Positions 50,361-62,462 of a DNA stretch of 64,000 nucleotides are shown here, piece after piece. The stretch's first letter is position 1. Each line of letters starts with the position of its first letter. The stretch is from Chiloscyllium plagiosum (lineage: Eukaryota), in the NCBI RefSeq assembly GCF_004010195.1, contig NC_057718.1:14915992-14979991 (forward strand), given 5' to 3'. The notes beneath the pieces are model-generated. The model ran no database searches and was not told the DNA's origin. It saw only the letters and a program-made list of their open reading frames with translations. Position numbers and translations under genes: made by a program.

Positions 50361-51668
50361 TGGGTGTAGGGAATGCTAGATGACTAGAGAAATTGAGGGT
50401 TTGGTTAAGAAAAAGGCGGAAGCATATGTCAGGTATAGGTAGGAAAGACCGAGTGAATCATTAGAAGCGTATAAGGCTGTAGGAGTATACTTAAGAGGGA
50501 ATTCAGGAGGGCAAAAAGGGGACATGAGATATTTTTGACAAATAGGGTTAAGGAGAATCCAAAGGGTTTTTACAAATACATTAAGGACAAAAGGGTAACT
50601 CGGGAGAGAATAGAGCCCCTTAAAGATCAGAAAGGCGGCCTTTGTGTGGAGCCGCAGGAGATGGGGGAGATACTAAACGAGCATTTTGCACCAATGTTTA
50701 CTGTGGAGAAGGACATGGAAGATACAGAATGTAGGGTAACAGATGGTGACATCTTGAAAAATGTCCATATTACAGAGGAGGAAGTGCTGGATGTCTTGAA
50801 ATGCATAAAAGTGAATCAGCAAAGAAGGTTACCTTAGACTACAATGGGATCTTGATCAGATGGGCTAATGGGCTGAGGAGTGTTGGATGGAGTTTAATTT
50901 AGATAAAAGTGGTGTGCTGCATTTTGGAAAAGTTAATCTTAGCAGGGGTTTTACACTTAATGGTAAGGTCCTAGGGACTATTGCTGAACAAAGAAATCTT
51001 GAAGTGCAGGTTCATAGCTCCTTGAAAGTAGAGTTGCAGATAGATAGGATAGTGAAGAAGGCGTTTGGTATGCTTTCTTTTATTGGTCAGAGTATTGAGT
51101 ACAGGGGTTGGGAGGTCATGTACAGGACATTGGTGAGGTCACTTTTGGAATATTGTGTGCAATTCTGGTCTCCTTCCTATCGAAAGGATGTTGTGAAACT
51201 TGAAAGGGTTCAGAAAAGATTTCCAAGGATGTTGCCAGGGTTGAGCTATAGGAAGAGGCTGAATAGGCTAGGGCTGTTTTCCCTTGAGCATCGGAGGCTG
51301 AGGGGTGATCTGACAGAGGTTTATAAAATCAGGAGGAGCATGGATAGGATAAACAGACAAAGTTTTTTTTCCCTGGAGTGGGGGAGTCCAGAACTAGAGG
51401 GCATAGGTTTGGGGTGAGAAGGGAAAGATATAAAAGAGACCTAAGGGGCAACGTTTTCACGCAGAGGGTGGTACGTGTATGGAATGAGCTGCCAGAGGAA
51501 GTGGTGGAGGCTGGTACAATTACAATATTTATGAATAGGAAGGGTTTGGAGGGATTTGGACCAGGTGCTGGCAAGTGGGACTAGATTCGGCAGGGATAGC
51601 TGGTCGGCATTGTCGAGTTGGACTGAAGGGTCTGTTTCTGTGCTGTACATCTCTGTGACTCTATGACT
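50361..51668 (+). mobile_element. CR1/HER1-type LINE with RT core deleted
   Basis: Linker ..KENPKGFYKYIK..LNEHFA.MFTVE..ITEEEVL is joined near 50815 to post-RT sequence and the C-terminus YRTLVR.LLEYCVQFWSP. Confidence 0.92.
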
Positions 51669-52901
51669 TAAAGAGTTGCAAGTCTGTAACATTTTCCTTC
51701 CCAAAGAGTGGTGAAGGCAGGATCATTGAGTATTTTTATGGGAGAGGTAGGTAGATTCCTTGCCTCACATGGGAATCAAAGGTTATCAGAGGTGGGAGAG
51801 AAAGTGGAGTTAAAACCACAATCAGATCAGCCACAATCTTATCAAATAGCAGCAGACATGAGGGGCCAAATGGCCTTCTTTGGTTCCTAATTTGTATATT
51901 CATACGTTGGAATTGGTTTGCTTTTAGTGATTTAAAATCACCCCAGAAATGCAGAGAAACAGGTTTTGCAATGTATTAAGGTTATGAATGATGGAACACA
52001 GACAGTTCAAGAGGGAAACATCTGGTAAGAACACCTCAGAACATAGTCACAGAAGTACAAACAGGGATAATTGACATCAGGGTGAAATGCTTTACATGGT
52101 AAACACACCAGACTCAAGTATGTTATGAAGTCTCATCTTTGCAATTTAATGTCGTGATGTGCTGACAATCCTAATCTTACCTTTTTTAAAAAGATGCTTG
52201 AATCTGGATGGACAGTGTGCATGCAATGTGGTAAAGGGTTTAAGCCTCCTTTCTTTAATAAAAGAGTCCCAGTCTAGCACTCAGCTCCTGAAACCAAAAT
52301 ATTGGACAGTCTGCAAATGTTACTTTTTTGTATCTCTCAGTCAGCAACTTGATAGTTCATCAGTTGCAGAAAAATACTTTCAGAATTTAGATGTTTCTAC
52401 AGTAAAAGACATGGAGAATTAATGAAAAAAATATTAAGTTGGTGAGATTTTCCAGATGGCCAGTTAAATTTATAAAGTATTTAACATGTTCTACTCTTCT
52501 TTCTGTGAAAGCGTGTGGATGATTAATTCACTTGTGGTAAATACTAGTTGCACCACCCTGCTAGGGCAACACAAATTACCCAAGATTCCAGAAAAAAAGC
52601 CCTTTGAAATTACTAACTGTTCATAGATTTAGCAGACAGTCCAAACAGATAAGCTCTAAACAGATGAAAAGATGAAGAATCACTATAGCCAACCTTGTTC
52701 AACATATTCTACAAGAAACAGTAGATTTTCTGATACAAGGCCATTGATTTGAAATGCACACTGCTTCTCTCTCTGCAGATGCTGCATGATCTGAGTACTT
52801 CCAACATTTTCTCTGCAATAGCACATATCGGATTTGGCTTTAGTGAAATGTTTTTCTTTCCAGAGATAATGTGTTTTTGAAAGAAAATTTGATTTTTTAA
52901 C

Positions 52902-53232
52902 ATGGTGCTAACCACAGTGGCTAGCACTGCTGCCTCACAGCGCCAGGGACCCAGGGTTGATTCCACCCTCATTCTGTGTGCAGTTTACAAGTTCTCCCCA
53001 TGTCTGCGTAGGTTTTCTCTGGCTGCAATGGTTTCTTCCCACAGTCCAAAGATGTGCAGGTCAATTAAATTGGCCATGCTAAATTGCCCATAGTGCCTAT
53101 GTGGATTAGCCATGGAAAATGAAGGGTTACAGGGATAGGGTAGAAGGGTACATCTGGGTGCATGCTCTTCACGGGGTTGTTTGACTCGATGGGCCAAATG
53201 GCCTGCTTCCAGACTGTAGGAATTTTATGATC
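52902..53232 (+). mobile_element. HE1-type V-SINE
   Basis: Head, V-like core and tail are recognisable. Confidence 0.85.
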
Positions 53233-53304
53233 CTTAATGAAGGTGAGAACTTCTAGCAAGACTCTTGGATGGCAAGTGACTAATGGGTAAGTTGCCAACA
53301 CTAC

Positions 53305-53441
53305 TTCATTCCTGATTAAGGGCTCCTGCCCGAAATGTTTATTTTCCTGCTCCTCAGATGCTGCCCGACCAGCTGTGCATTTCCAGAACCACTCTAATCT
53401 TGACTCTAATCTCCGCCATCTGCAGTTCTCACTTTTGCCTA
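53305..53441 (+). mobile_element. Short PLE-derived element with degenerate hammerhead
   Basis: ttcctgattaagggctcctgcccgaaatg followed by the PLE tail. Confidence 0.8.
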
Positions 53442-54226
53442 ACACTAATGATTGGCCTGTCTATAAGAATTAAAGATAAATCTCCTGGGTGCTACTATGA
53501 GCAACACCTGGAGAAAGATCGTAACTTGGCTCAGAAAAACTGTGTTTTTGTTTCCCTGATTCGCTTTGGATAATTCTGTTCCGATTTATCAAGAAATTTT
53601 AAAGAAAAAAGGATGTTGAAAGTCAGAGTCAGCCAAGTGGGGCAGCCAAAAATCGAATTCCTTTCCAAAAGCCATGTGTCAAGAGGTGAGGCGGTCAAAG
53701 GTCAGACTGTGGGGGAAGGGCAGCTGGAGTAGAGGATCTCTGGGAATCTGTCTAGTCAGAGTTGGCAATACTACTGTCAGGGCAATGTATCTTACAACAA
53801 ATCTTCACCCAAACCAGGACAGACTCAAGGTTCAGCTGGGCTTCAGAAGGGCCAGTAATGACCCCATGTGATTTTCCATGGGGAACGGGTGCTGGTTACT
53901 GGTAACTTTAATGACCGTGAAAGGGACATTAAAAAAAAATGATTATTTTATTTTAGTTGAATCTCTCTGAAGTTACTCTTCACCGTTCAGTATTTGTTCA
54001 AAGCACACCTTTTAAAAAAATGGACAATTAGAAGTCAACTTTAACATGTACTTTGTCCAAAAGTTTATAATCGTGAACACCTCCATCAAACGCCCTCTCA
54101 GCCCTTTTTTCTCCCATGAGAACAGTCCAGACAATAACGACTTCTGCTTTTATATAGCGCCGTTAACATTATAAAATGTCCCCATGGAACAAAGTTTGAC
54201 CCTGATTCACATATCAAGATAATCGA

Positions 54227-54568
54227 ATCACAGACCCTACAGTGAGGATGCAGGCAGTTTTGCACATTGAGTCCACATGTACCCTCTGAGGAGCATCCCA
54301 CCCAGACCCACCCCCATCTCTGTAACCCTGCATTCCTCATGGCTAACCAACCTAACCTGCACATCCCTGGATACTATGGGCAAGTTAACATGGTCAATCC
54401 ACCTAACCTGCACATCTTTGGATTGTGGGAAGAAGCTGGAGCACACAGAGAAAACCCACGCAGACACAGGGATAACGTGTAAACTCCACACAGACAGTCA
54501 GTCAAAGTTGGAATCGAACCTGGGTCCCTGTGAGGCAGCAGTGCTAACCACTGAGCCACCATGCCACC
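54227..54568 (-). mobile_element. HE1-type V-SINE
   Basis: Reverse-complement copy. Confidence 0.87.
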
Positions 54569-54879
54569 TGAGATGTTAGGGCAAGCTACGAATACAGTAT
54601 AATCTTGGTCAAAAAGATATGTTTTAAAGAGTGTCTTTAAGAATGCAAATGAGGTTGGGGTGGAAGGGTGCTGGGAGAGAATTCCAAAACCTGAAAACAA
54701 AGAAATCGAAGATTCGGCCAGCAAAGGTGAAACAACAGGAATCGGTGCTATGAGAAGGCAAAAGTAGATGAGTGCAGACATGGTGGGGAAGGAGGAGATT
54801 TGAGCTACTGGAAAGGACAAGGCTATGGAGAGGGTTGGAAACAAGGATGAGAATATTAAAATTTTTAAAAATCAACTAG

Positions 54880-55300
54880 TTATGGCATCTGGTCAGTGCG
54901 TGGTGACTCATTTCTGCCTGGACAAACCAATGACCAGTTTCACAGACTTAGCCACACGCTCCAAGTGAGAAGGAAAGCATTTTTTGCTGACAATTCTTTT
55001 CTTCGCAAGTCTGCCTTTTTGGTGTCAGCAAATTCCTCAGTCTGGTGGACCGGCCTGCAATTATCTGCCTCCTGACATTGCATTGACAATGCTGAGAATT
55101 GCTGTCGAAACATGTCAGCTCGGGATTTTTTTTAAAAAGAAAGGCGAGGTGATGGTAAATCAGTCACTATACAATTTTACCGTGTGAACAGGGTGGTTTC
55201 TCACAGCAAACGGAATGCCCTCTTTTTACAAAAAAAAAGCATGAGATGATGTCAGAATTAAACCACCTGTCGCCCCCTGCACTTTGTCTTATTTTCTTTC
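54880..55300. promoter_or_regulatory. Candidate enhancer with MAF/AP-1-type motifs
   Basis: TGACTCA 54904-54910, ttttTGCTGAC 54985-54991, GTCAGCAaatt 55024-55030, TGCTGAG 55090-55096. Confidence 0.35.
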
Positions 55301-56743
55301 GTAGTAAAGAACCATGTGACTGTGATTCTGAGTTTAGTCAGAGCTAACTGGGTAAGGATGGCAGAGTTCTTTTCCTCAAGGATATTAGTGAACAAGCTAA
55401 GCCTTTGCACAATTGACAATAGTTGTCATGATCATCATCCCTTAGGCTAGCCTTATGCTCCAGATTTAATAATTGATTTTATGTTTTATCAACCATCCTG
55501 CTGGGATCTAAACCTACATCCCCAGAACATTCTGGATTACCAGCCCAGTGACGTTACCCACTGTGCCACTATCTCCCCACATTGCTGAGTTTGGAACAAA
55601 TTGGTTCTACAGTTGACGGGAGAGCAAAATACTCCATAGCTATGACTGGCTCATGGTCAGAATGCCCCAGCTTGTCACACACCTTTCTGGACATGAGTGC
55701 CAGAGCTACTGTTTCACAGAGAGACTTGATTGATTATTCTTCACAAGAAATTGGAATACTGTGTCCCGTTCTGGTCACCTAGTTTTGGAAGGATATTATT
55801 AAGCTTGAGAGGGTTCAGAAGAGACTTACCTGGATGTTGCTGGATATGGAATGTTTGAGTTATAAAGAAAGGCTGGGACTATATTCACTGCAGTGTAGGA
55901 AGTTGAAAGGGGACCTTATAGTAGTTTATAAAATAATAGGAGGTATAGATATTTAGTTAGGTTGCGAGGGGGGATCTTACTGAAGTTTATAAAATAATGA
56001 GGTTTATAGACAGAGTCATTGGCGGTTGTCTTTTCCCGAGGATGGTAGATTTCAAGGTTTGGGGACATGTTTTTAAGGTAAGAGGAGAGAGATTTAAAAA
56101 GACACGAGGGACAAAATTTTTACATAGAGGATGGTTCATACGTGGAATGAAGTTCCTGAGGAAGTGGTGGATGTGGGCACAGTTACATCATTTAAAAGAC
56201 ATTCAGATAGATACATGAATACAAAAGGTTTGGAGGGACATTGGCCAGGAGCAAGCAGGTGGGACTAGTTTGGTTTGGGATTATGTTCAGTCTGGACTGG
56301 CTGGACTGATACTGCGCTACATGACTCTATGATTCTAAATTAGCTGCAGATATTTGTGAGATAAGCTCGCGTTAGACAGAATGGCTTTTCGAGGGTTGCT
56401 CCTCTCAAATAAATGATGTGTTTAGTAAATGTTGGAACAGTTTAGAGCCATCCCTACACTTCAGGAAGAACATGAGGGCTCCTTGCGAGAATGTACAGGA
56501 GATTGAGCAATTCTGGGTTCAGAGATATTAGCCGCAAAGTTTGATTGGAGAAACTGGGTACTGATAGACATAGAAGATTGTGACTGTGAAAGACTGTCCT
56601 TCTATATGTTAATGGTACAAGGACTAGGAGAGCCAGGCTTAAGGTTTTGTGTAAGAGAGGACAGGGGAGGGGAGCTGTGAGGAAGAACTTGTTTTTAAAC
56701 ACAACCAGTGGTTAATTCTGCTTACAAGGATAATCAAGGCAGT

Positions 56744-56834
56744 GCTGAAAATGTGTTGCTGGAAAAGCGCAGCAGGTCAGGCAGCACCCAAGCAGTAGGA
56801 GAATCGACATTTCGGGCATGAGCCCTTCTTCAGG
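56744..56834 (-). mobile_element. Short PLE-derived element with hammerhead-like motif
   Basis: Reverse complement cCTGAAGAaGGGCtcatGCCCGAAATGTC, then a tail nearly identical to 2961-3050. Confidence 0.85.
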
Positions 56835-58080
56835 CAGAGACAATGAATGATTTCTGTACTTGCGGAATACACAGGACGACTGGCTGGGTGCCCCGACAGA
56901 CTCAATGGATCAAATGGCTTCTTCCTGTGCTTTAATGACTCCACTCGGTGACTCTAGGTGCTGAATGGCAGTCAGCTTTACATGTTTCCATCGAAGAATA
57001 GCAGGCCATTTAGCCTTTCAGACCTGTTCCACAAAACAGTTAGATTCTGATTGATCTGTTTCTTTACCACCCACCTGCCTTGCTTCCAAACTCTCCAGCT
57101 ATCTGGCTTTCTTCAAAAATCTTCCTCTATTTGCTTTGCTTCCGAAATCTCCATCTACCTGCCTTGCCTAACATTGAACATAGTTCAGTGGTTGACCTCA
57201 GCAGTGAAAATAAAACTTAAGATTTATCAAGTTCAATTTCATTCTGGATTCAGGCTTGTTGGGACCAATAGTTGGGACCACAACACGCTCCTTGTTCTGG
57301 AACACCAATCTTTTCCATCTTCATAAACACCACCTCCCCCCTACCCCGGAACTCCAGAGGAAATAGCTTTCCTCGACCCAATCTGCAAAATCCTTTTATC
57401 ATTTTTAAACACCTCAGTTAGAAGCGACCAGGGAGCTGGGTTTTATCATTGTTTTCGATTTTTATTTCGAATTTCCAATTTCTCTGCTTCTGTATTTGAT
57501 ACCACTCCAACAATCAAGGGAATACAAGTTTCATCTATTCAACTTGTTCTGGTAATTTAACCTTTTTAACCTTCAAGATTATTCTGCATAGTGTCCTTTC
57601 CTCATGAAAAAGAGGAAATGATGAAGAACACAGACCTAGTTGCTCAGCACCTCCAATTCCAGTGCAGTCACAGCCAAACCTGGTCAGAGAAATCTCACGA
57701 CTGCAGACGCCATCATCGTCATTGGCAATCACTTGCAAATGAAAATGATTGTCCACCTAGGAAATTCTCTGTCATTGCTCATTAGTTCTGTGGGTCCTTG
57801 TGTGGATAATGAGCCTGATCTTCGAGCCAGATCTCCTCCTGCACATTTGGCAAGTGTTTCTGGGAGGTTGAATTGGTCCTTTGCCTAGAGATCACTGACA
57901 TTGCTTTCTCCAGCACCTTTTCCCTCAAAGAATTGTGTCCATTCAAACACTCTTGACAAAACGTCTGTGGCACTCAAATAATAAAATTCTGTGTTGATAG
58001 GCAACAAACTGACTGGTGATTTGCAATAAGTAGATGTAACAAACAAGAACGGGATAGAGCTCTCCGGCTCCCTGTTCATA

Positions 58081-58380
58081 GATTAGATTAGATTAGATTA
58101 CATACAGTGTGGAAACAGGCCCTTCAGCCCAACAAGTCCACACCGACCCACCGAAGCGCAACCCACCCATTCCCCGACATTTACCCCTTCACCCAACACT
58201 ACGGGCAATTTAGCATGGCCAATTCACCTAACCTGCACATCTTTGGACTGTGGGAGGAAACCGGAGCACCCGGAGGAAACCCACGCAGACACGGGGAGAA
58301 TGTGCAAACTCCACACAGACAGTCGCCTGAGGCGGGATTGAACCCGGGTCTCTGGCGCTGTGAGGCAGCAGTGCTAACCA
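58081..58380 (-). mobile_element. HE1-type V-SINE, slightly 5'-truncated, young
   Basis: (GATTA)4 tail; cata duplicated at 58077-58080 and 58381-58384. Confidence 0.92.
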
Positions 58381-59019
58381 CATAAGGTCGCTTGGCAAGA
58401 AAAAGGGAATTTCCTATCAGGTTTCAACAGCAGGGGGGATAAAATAGATTTCAGACTGAACTCATGACATCGGTCAGGTGGATCGTCACTGATTTCCCAA
58501 ATTCTTAAAGGAACTAAGCCATGAATATTTATCTTTGCTCCATTTTTCATATGGATACAATTATACCCTATAAATTAATTTGCATTTAGAGAGTCTTCCA
58601 TGATCTTTGGTTGACCCAAGGTGCTTCAAAGTTATTGAATACTTTTGAAGTGCAGTCACTGCTGTGATGTAATGTAATAGAGGAAGATTTATAACCTAAA
58701 AATATCAAGAGCAGCTAATTTCAAAACCTGCTCGCAAATTCTTACTTCTGGTACACTAAGTGTGAGAATATGAATTTATTTATGTTCAATTGACAATGAA
58801 ACAACAGTAGATAATATTTATTCATTCCATTCGCCGTCCAATCGACATGAGCTATTACATGATTCTAGCAAATGTAGAGCGAGAATTGAAAACAGAGTTG
58901 TACAATCACTGGCAGCTTCTTGTGCTGACTTACCTCAGTAACATTATACATTAATACTCCAGGACTGACCTATTGCTCTGATTTGGGAATCAGAAACATT
59001 CCAACTAAAACCAAAAGCT

Positions 59020-59410
59020 GATCACTGGCACCATATTTCCAACTGGACTGACATGGCGGTCCCTCGGCCTGACATGGCCTCAGCATGGTCTCCTGGTTTT
59101 GAGGCGATACCAGAGTGATCTCCCAGTTGATGATCCTCATGGTGAAGCCTGGTATAGTCTCGAGACAAGGCCCAGTGCGGACTGGAGGCTGGGTGCCAGG
59201 TGGTCTGAGTTGGAGGACTACTGTTCTGAACATCTATTTCTGTAATGCTAGGCATTTTATTTCTCTATTCTCTAAGATCTTGTAACTGAAGAAGCTGTAT
59301 CTAGGTACCTTTGTACTGAAGATGGCGAGGTAAGTGGTGACGTATAAACTTTTCTTGGTACTCATTTGAGTACATGTGACAATAAAACTAATTCAATTCA
59401 ATTCAATTCA
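59020..59410 (+). mobile_element. Retroposon 3' end with (ATTCA)n tail
   Basis: ...gtacatgtgacaataaaactaattcaattcaattcaattca. Family not identified. Confidence 0.55.
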
Positions 59411-60546
59411 GCTGAATAATAATACATAAAACTCCATTCTTGGGGTATGGGCATTGACCATTTACAAGTGCCTCATAAATCTGGTGCAGGGACACTCACT
59501 ATGCTACTAGGGAGGCATTTCCAGCATTGTAACTGAGCAACAGTGGAGGAACGGCAATTGTGCTCCAAGTCAGGATAGCTGTAGAACTTAGAAGGGATGG
59601 TGTTCTCATAAAGTGACTGCCATTGCCCTTTTAGGTGGTTGAGACTATAGGTTTGAGAAATGCTGCTGAAGCAGCTTTGGTGAGTTGTTGCAATGTGCCT
59701 TGTAGATGGTACTGACTGGTGATTTGCAATAACAAGATGTAACAAACAGGAGCTGGATAGAGTCCTCCAGCTCCCTGTTAATCAGGTCACTTGGAAAGCA
59801 AAACAGAATTTCCTATCAGGTTCAACAGCAGAAGGGATAAAATAGATTTCAGACTGAATTCATGAGATCGATCTGGTGGATCAACTAACGAAGATCTGAA
59901 GGAGTTCATGCCACACAGATTTCCCAAATGGTTGCAGTTTGAACTGATAAATGGAGCCCTAATTCAATTGTCTGCTTTGTCTTTGTATTCAATGCTGGAC
60001 ATGAACATCAGAGCGGGTCACTAGGAAGAGTACGGGGACTGTTATTTTTGCAGTGTTACTCAATCTGTTGTTGACTGAAAAATAATGTTTGTTTCCAATA
60101 CGCTGAATTGTGTTTTTATCCCGCTCATTTTCCAAGATATACATATTGAAACCAGCGCCAGATTTTCAGCTTTGTTAGATAAAAAGAAACCTCTGTCAGC
60201 ATTTCAGCAGCACGCGAGCCTGTTTATGAAGTTGCAAGATGCTCACAGTCACTTTAATCACCATTAAAACCTCCTGTTAGAACTCTTCTGTGCTGCTCAA
60301 AATTAAATTGGAATTTCTATTGAAGGAACAGGACAGCATCCCGCATTATCCAAAGCTGTTTGATGTACATGTCTGGGGAGACTGACTGCAAAGAATCTGC
60401 AGTCACCACAATGGCTGTTTGAATGAATCCCCCTTGATCATATGCCATCACTATTACCTAAAAGGCACATGTATGAAAACATTTCAGTGTTTATAGCTTT
60501 TTTCCCCTTGTTTATAATTTTGTATAAGTAGCGCATTTCACTTCAG

Positions 60547-60756
60547 GGGAGAGTGAGGATTGCAGATACTGGAAAGTCAGAATCAATAAGATGTGGAACT
60601 GGAAAAAGCACAGCAGGGTCAGGCAGCGTCAGAAGAGCAAGAAGGTCGACGAATGTCGGGTCCTGGTGAAGGGTCATGCCCGAAATGTCGACTCTCCTGC
60701 TCTTCTGATGCTGCCTGACCTGCTGTGTTTTTTCCAGCTCCACATTTTATTGACTC
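60547..60756. mobile_element. Foldback PLE-derived insertion
   Basis: Inverted arms ~60580-60650 and 60687-60756 with a degenerate hammerhead (cctggtgaagggtcatgcccgaaatgtc) between them. Confidence 0.82.
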
Positions 60757-61325
60757 ACATATTTTACTTCAGAATGATGAGTAACATTGTAGTTCACAGA
60801 ATAACAGAAGGATTACATGGCAGGAGGAGACCATTTGGTCACCATGACTATGCTGGCTCCCTACAGAACAATCTAACTCCTGTTACTCCCCTGCCTTCTC
60901 CCCTCGGCCCTACACATTCTTCTTTTACTCTCTTGAATGAATCAATTGAACCTGCCTCCACCATCCCCTCAACTCACCGCATCAACACATGTTTTTACCT
61001 CATGTTGCCTTTACATTACATTAAGTCTGTGCCTTATCATTCTTGATCCTCTCACTGTTGGGAATAGTTTCTCCCACTCTACTCTGGCCAAACTCCTCAT
61101 GATTAGTTCCAACCTCAGGAAGCAAGTTCGTGAAACTTTTCTACACACACTCTTATAACTTCAATATCTTTCCTAAAATGTGGCATGCAGAATTGGACAC
61201 ATTAATCCAGCAAAGATCAAATTAGTATTCTCTATAAGTTTGAGATAACATCTTTGCTTTTATACTGTCTGTCTCGGAAGCTCAGGGTGCTGTAGGTTTT
61301 ATAACTGTTTTATCTGCGTATGTGA

Positions 61326-61532
61326 GCTGCCATTGTCTTATGAGACCATAGGGCTGCTCTCTCATTTGAGAGAGACAACTGGTGGCATTTTAACCTGAGG
61401 GCCTCATACTCAGGCAAGGGGAGAGGTTCAGAAGGAGAGTCCTTCATGTTTACCTCAGCCAGTGATGGGAATTGAACCCATGCTACTGGCATTACAAACC
61501 AACCATCCAGCCAACTGAGCTAAACGAACCCC
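61326..61532 (-). mobile_element. Third tRNA-derived SINE family, inserted in an old CR1 relic
   Basis: Minus strand ggggttcgttTAGCTCAGTTGG...GGTTCAATTCC (A and B boxes) with a non-tRNA body. Confidence 0.75.
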
Positions 61533-62141
61533 TGTTTTGTACCTGTTATGCCACTTGCAATGTTTTGTTCATATACACTCCCAGGTTTCTTCTGCTCTGA
61601 TACCACCTTTGAACTGTACCCTCTATATTAACTTTCCACATGCTTCCTACCAAAATGAACCGCTTCACCCTTCTCTACATTAAATTTTGACTGTCACTTA
61701 TTCACCCACTCCAGCAAACTGTTCACATCCTTCTGAAGTTTATAATCACTCCTCCTTAATTAATACATGTCAGGAAGAGCAACAGTCTAGGGATCCCTCA
61801 GGATCTCCACCACAAACATCCATTATCTACCACGCTATGTTTCCTATCATTCAGCCAGTTTCATTTCAATGTTGCTGCTCTCCTTTTAATTCCATAAACT
61901 AGAATACTGCTTCTTATTCCGTTGTGCTACATTTTATCAAAACCTTTCTGGAGGTTCATGTGCATGACATCAACAGTAACTCAGCAAACAAAAGTATCAC
62001 CAGGAAGTTAATTAAACCTACTCCATTTAATTAATTAACCCCTGTGCCCAAGTAGCTATATTAATTTTGTCCAAAATTTCGATCTTTTGAAGTTACCTCA
62101 CTTCCAAGCTAAGACTGACTGCTCGTCACTGGCTGCGTTTA

Positions 62142-62462
62142 TGGGTGGCACAGTGGCACAGTGGTTAGCACTGCTACCTCGCAGTGTCATAGACCCGGGT
62201 TCATTCCTGCCTCATGGGACTGACTGTGTGGAGTTTGCACATTCTCCCCATGTCTGCGTGGGTTTCCTCCGGGTGCTCCGGTTTCCTCCCACAGTCCAAA
62301 AATGTGCAGGTCAGGTGAACTGGCCATACTAAATTGCCCGTAGTGTTAGGTGAAGGGGTAAATGTAGGGAATGGGTCTGGGTGGGTTGCACTTCGGCGGG
62401 TCGGTGTGGACTCGTTGGGCCGAAGGGCCTGTTTCCACACTGTAAGCAATCTAATCTAATCT
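62142..62462 (+). mobile_element. HE1-type V-SINE
   Basis: Full-length, (AATCT)n tail. Confidence 0.92.

Larger units (their letters stand above)
58008..59882 (+). repeat. Diverged ~170-bp direct duplication (58008-58484 with SINE insert; 59711-59882)
   Basis: Shared actgactggtgatttgcaataa..agatgtaacaaaca..ctccctgtt..gaatttcctatcagg..gggataaaatagatttcagactgaa..ggtggatc. Confidence 0.88.

Noticed and set aside
58933..59003. Minus-strand 71-nt segment between ttttag and a strong GAG/GTAAGT donor
   Set aside because: Stops in all three frames; a non-coding exon cannot be supported without transcript data.
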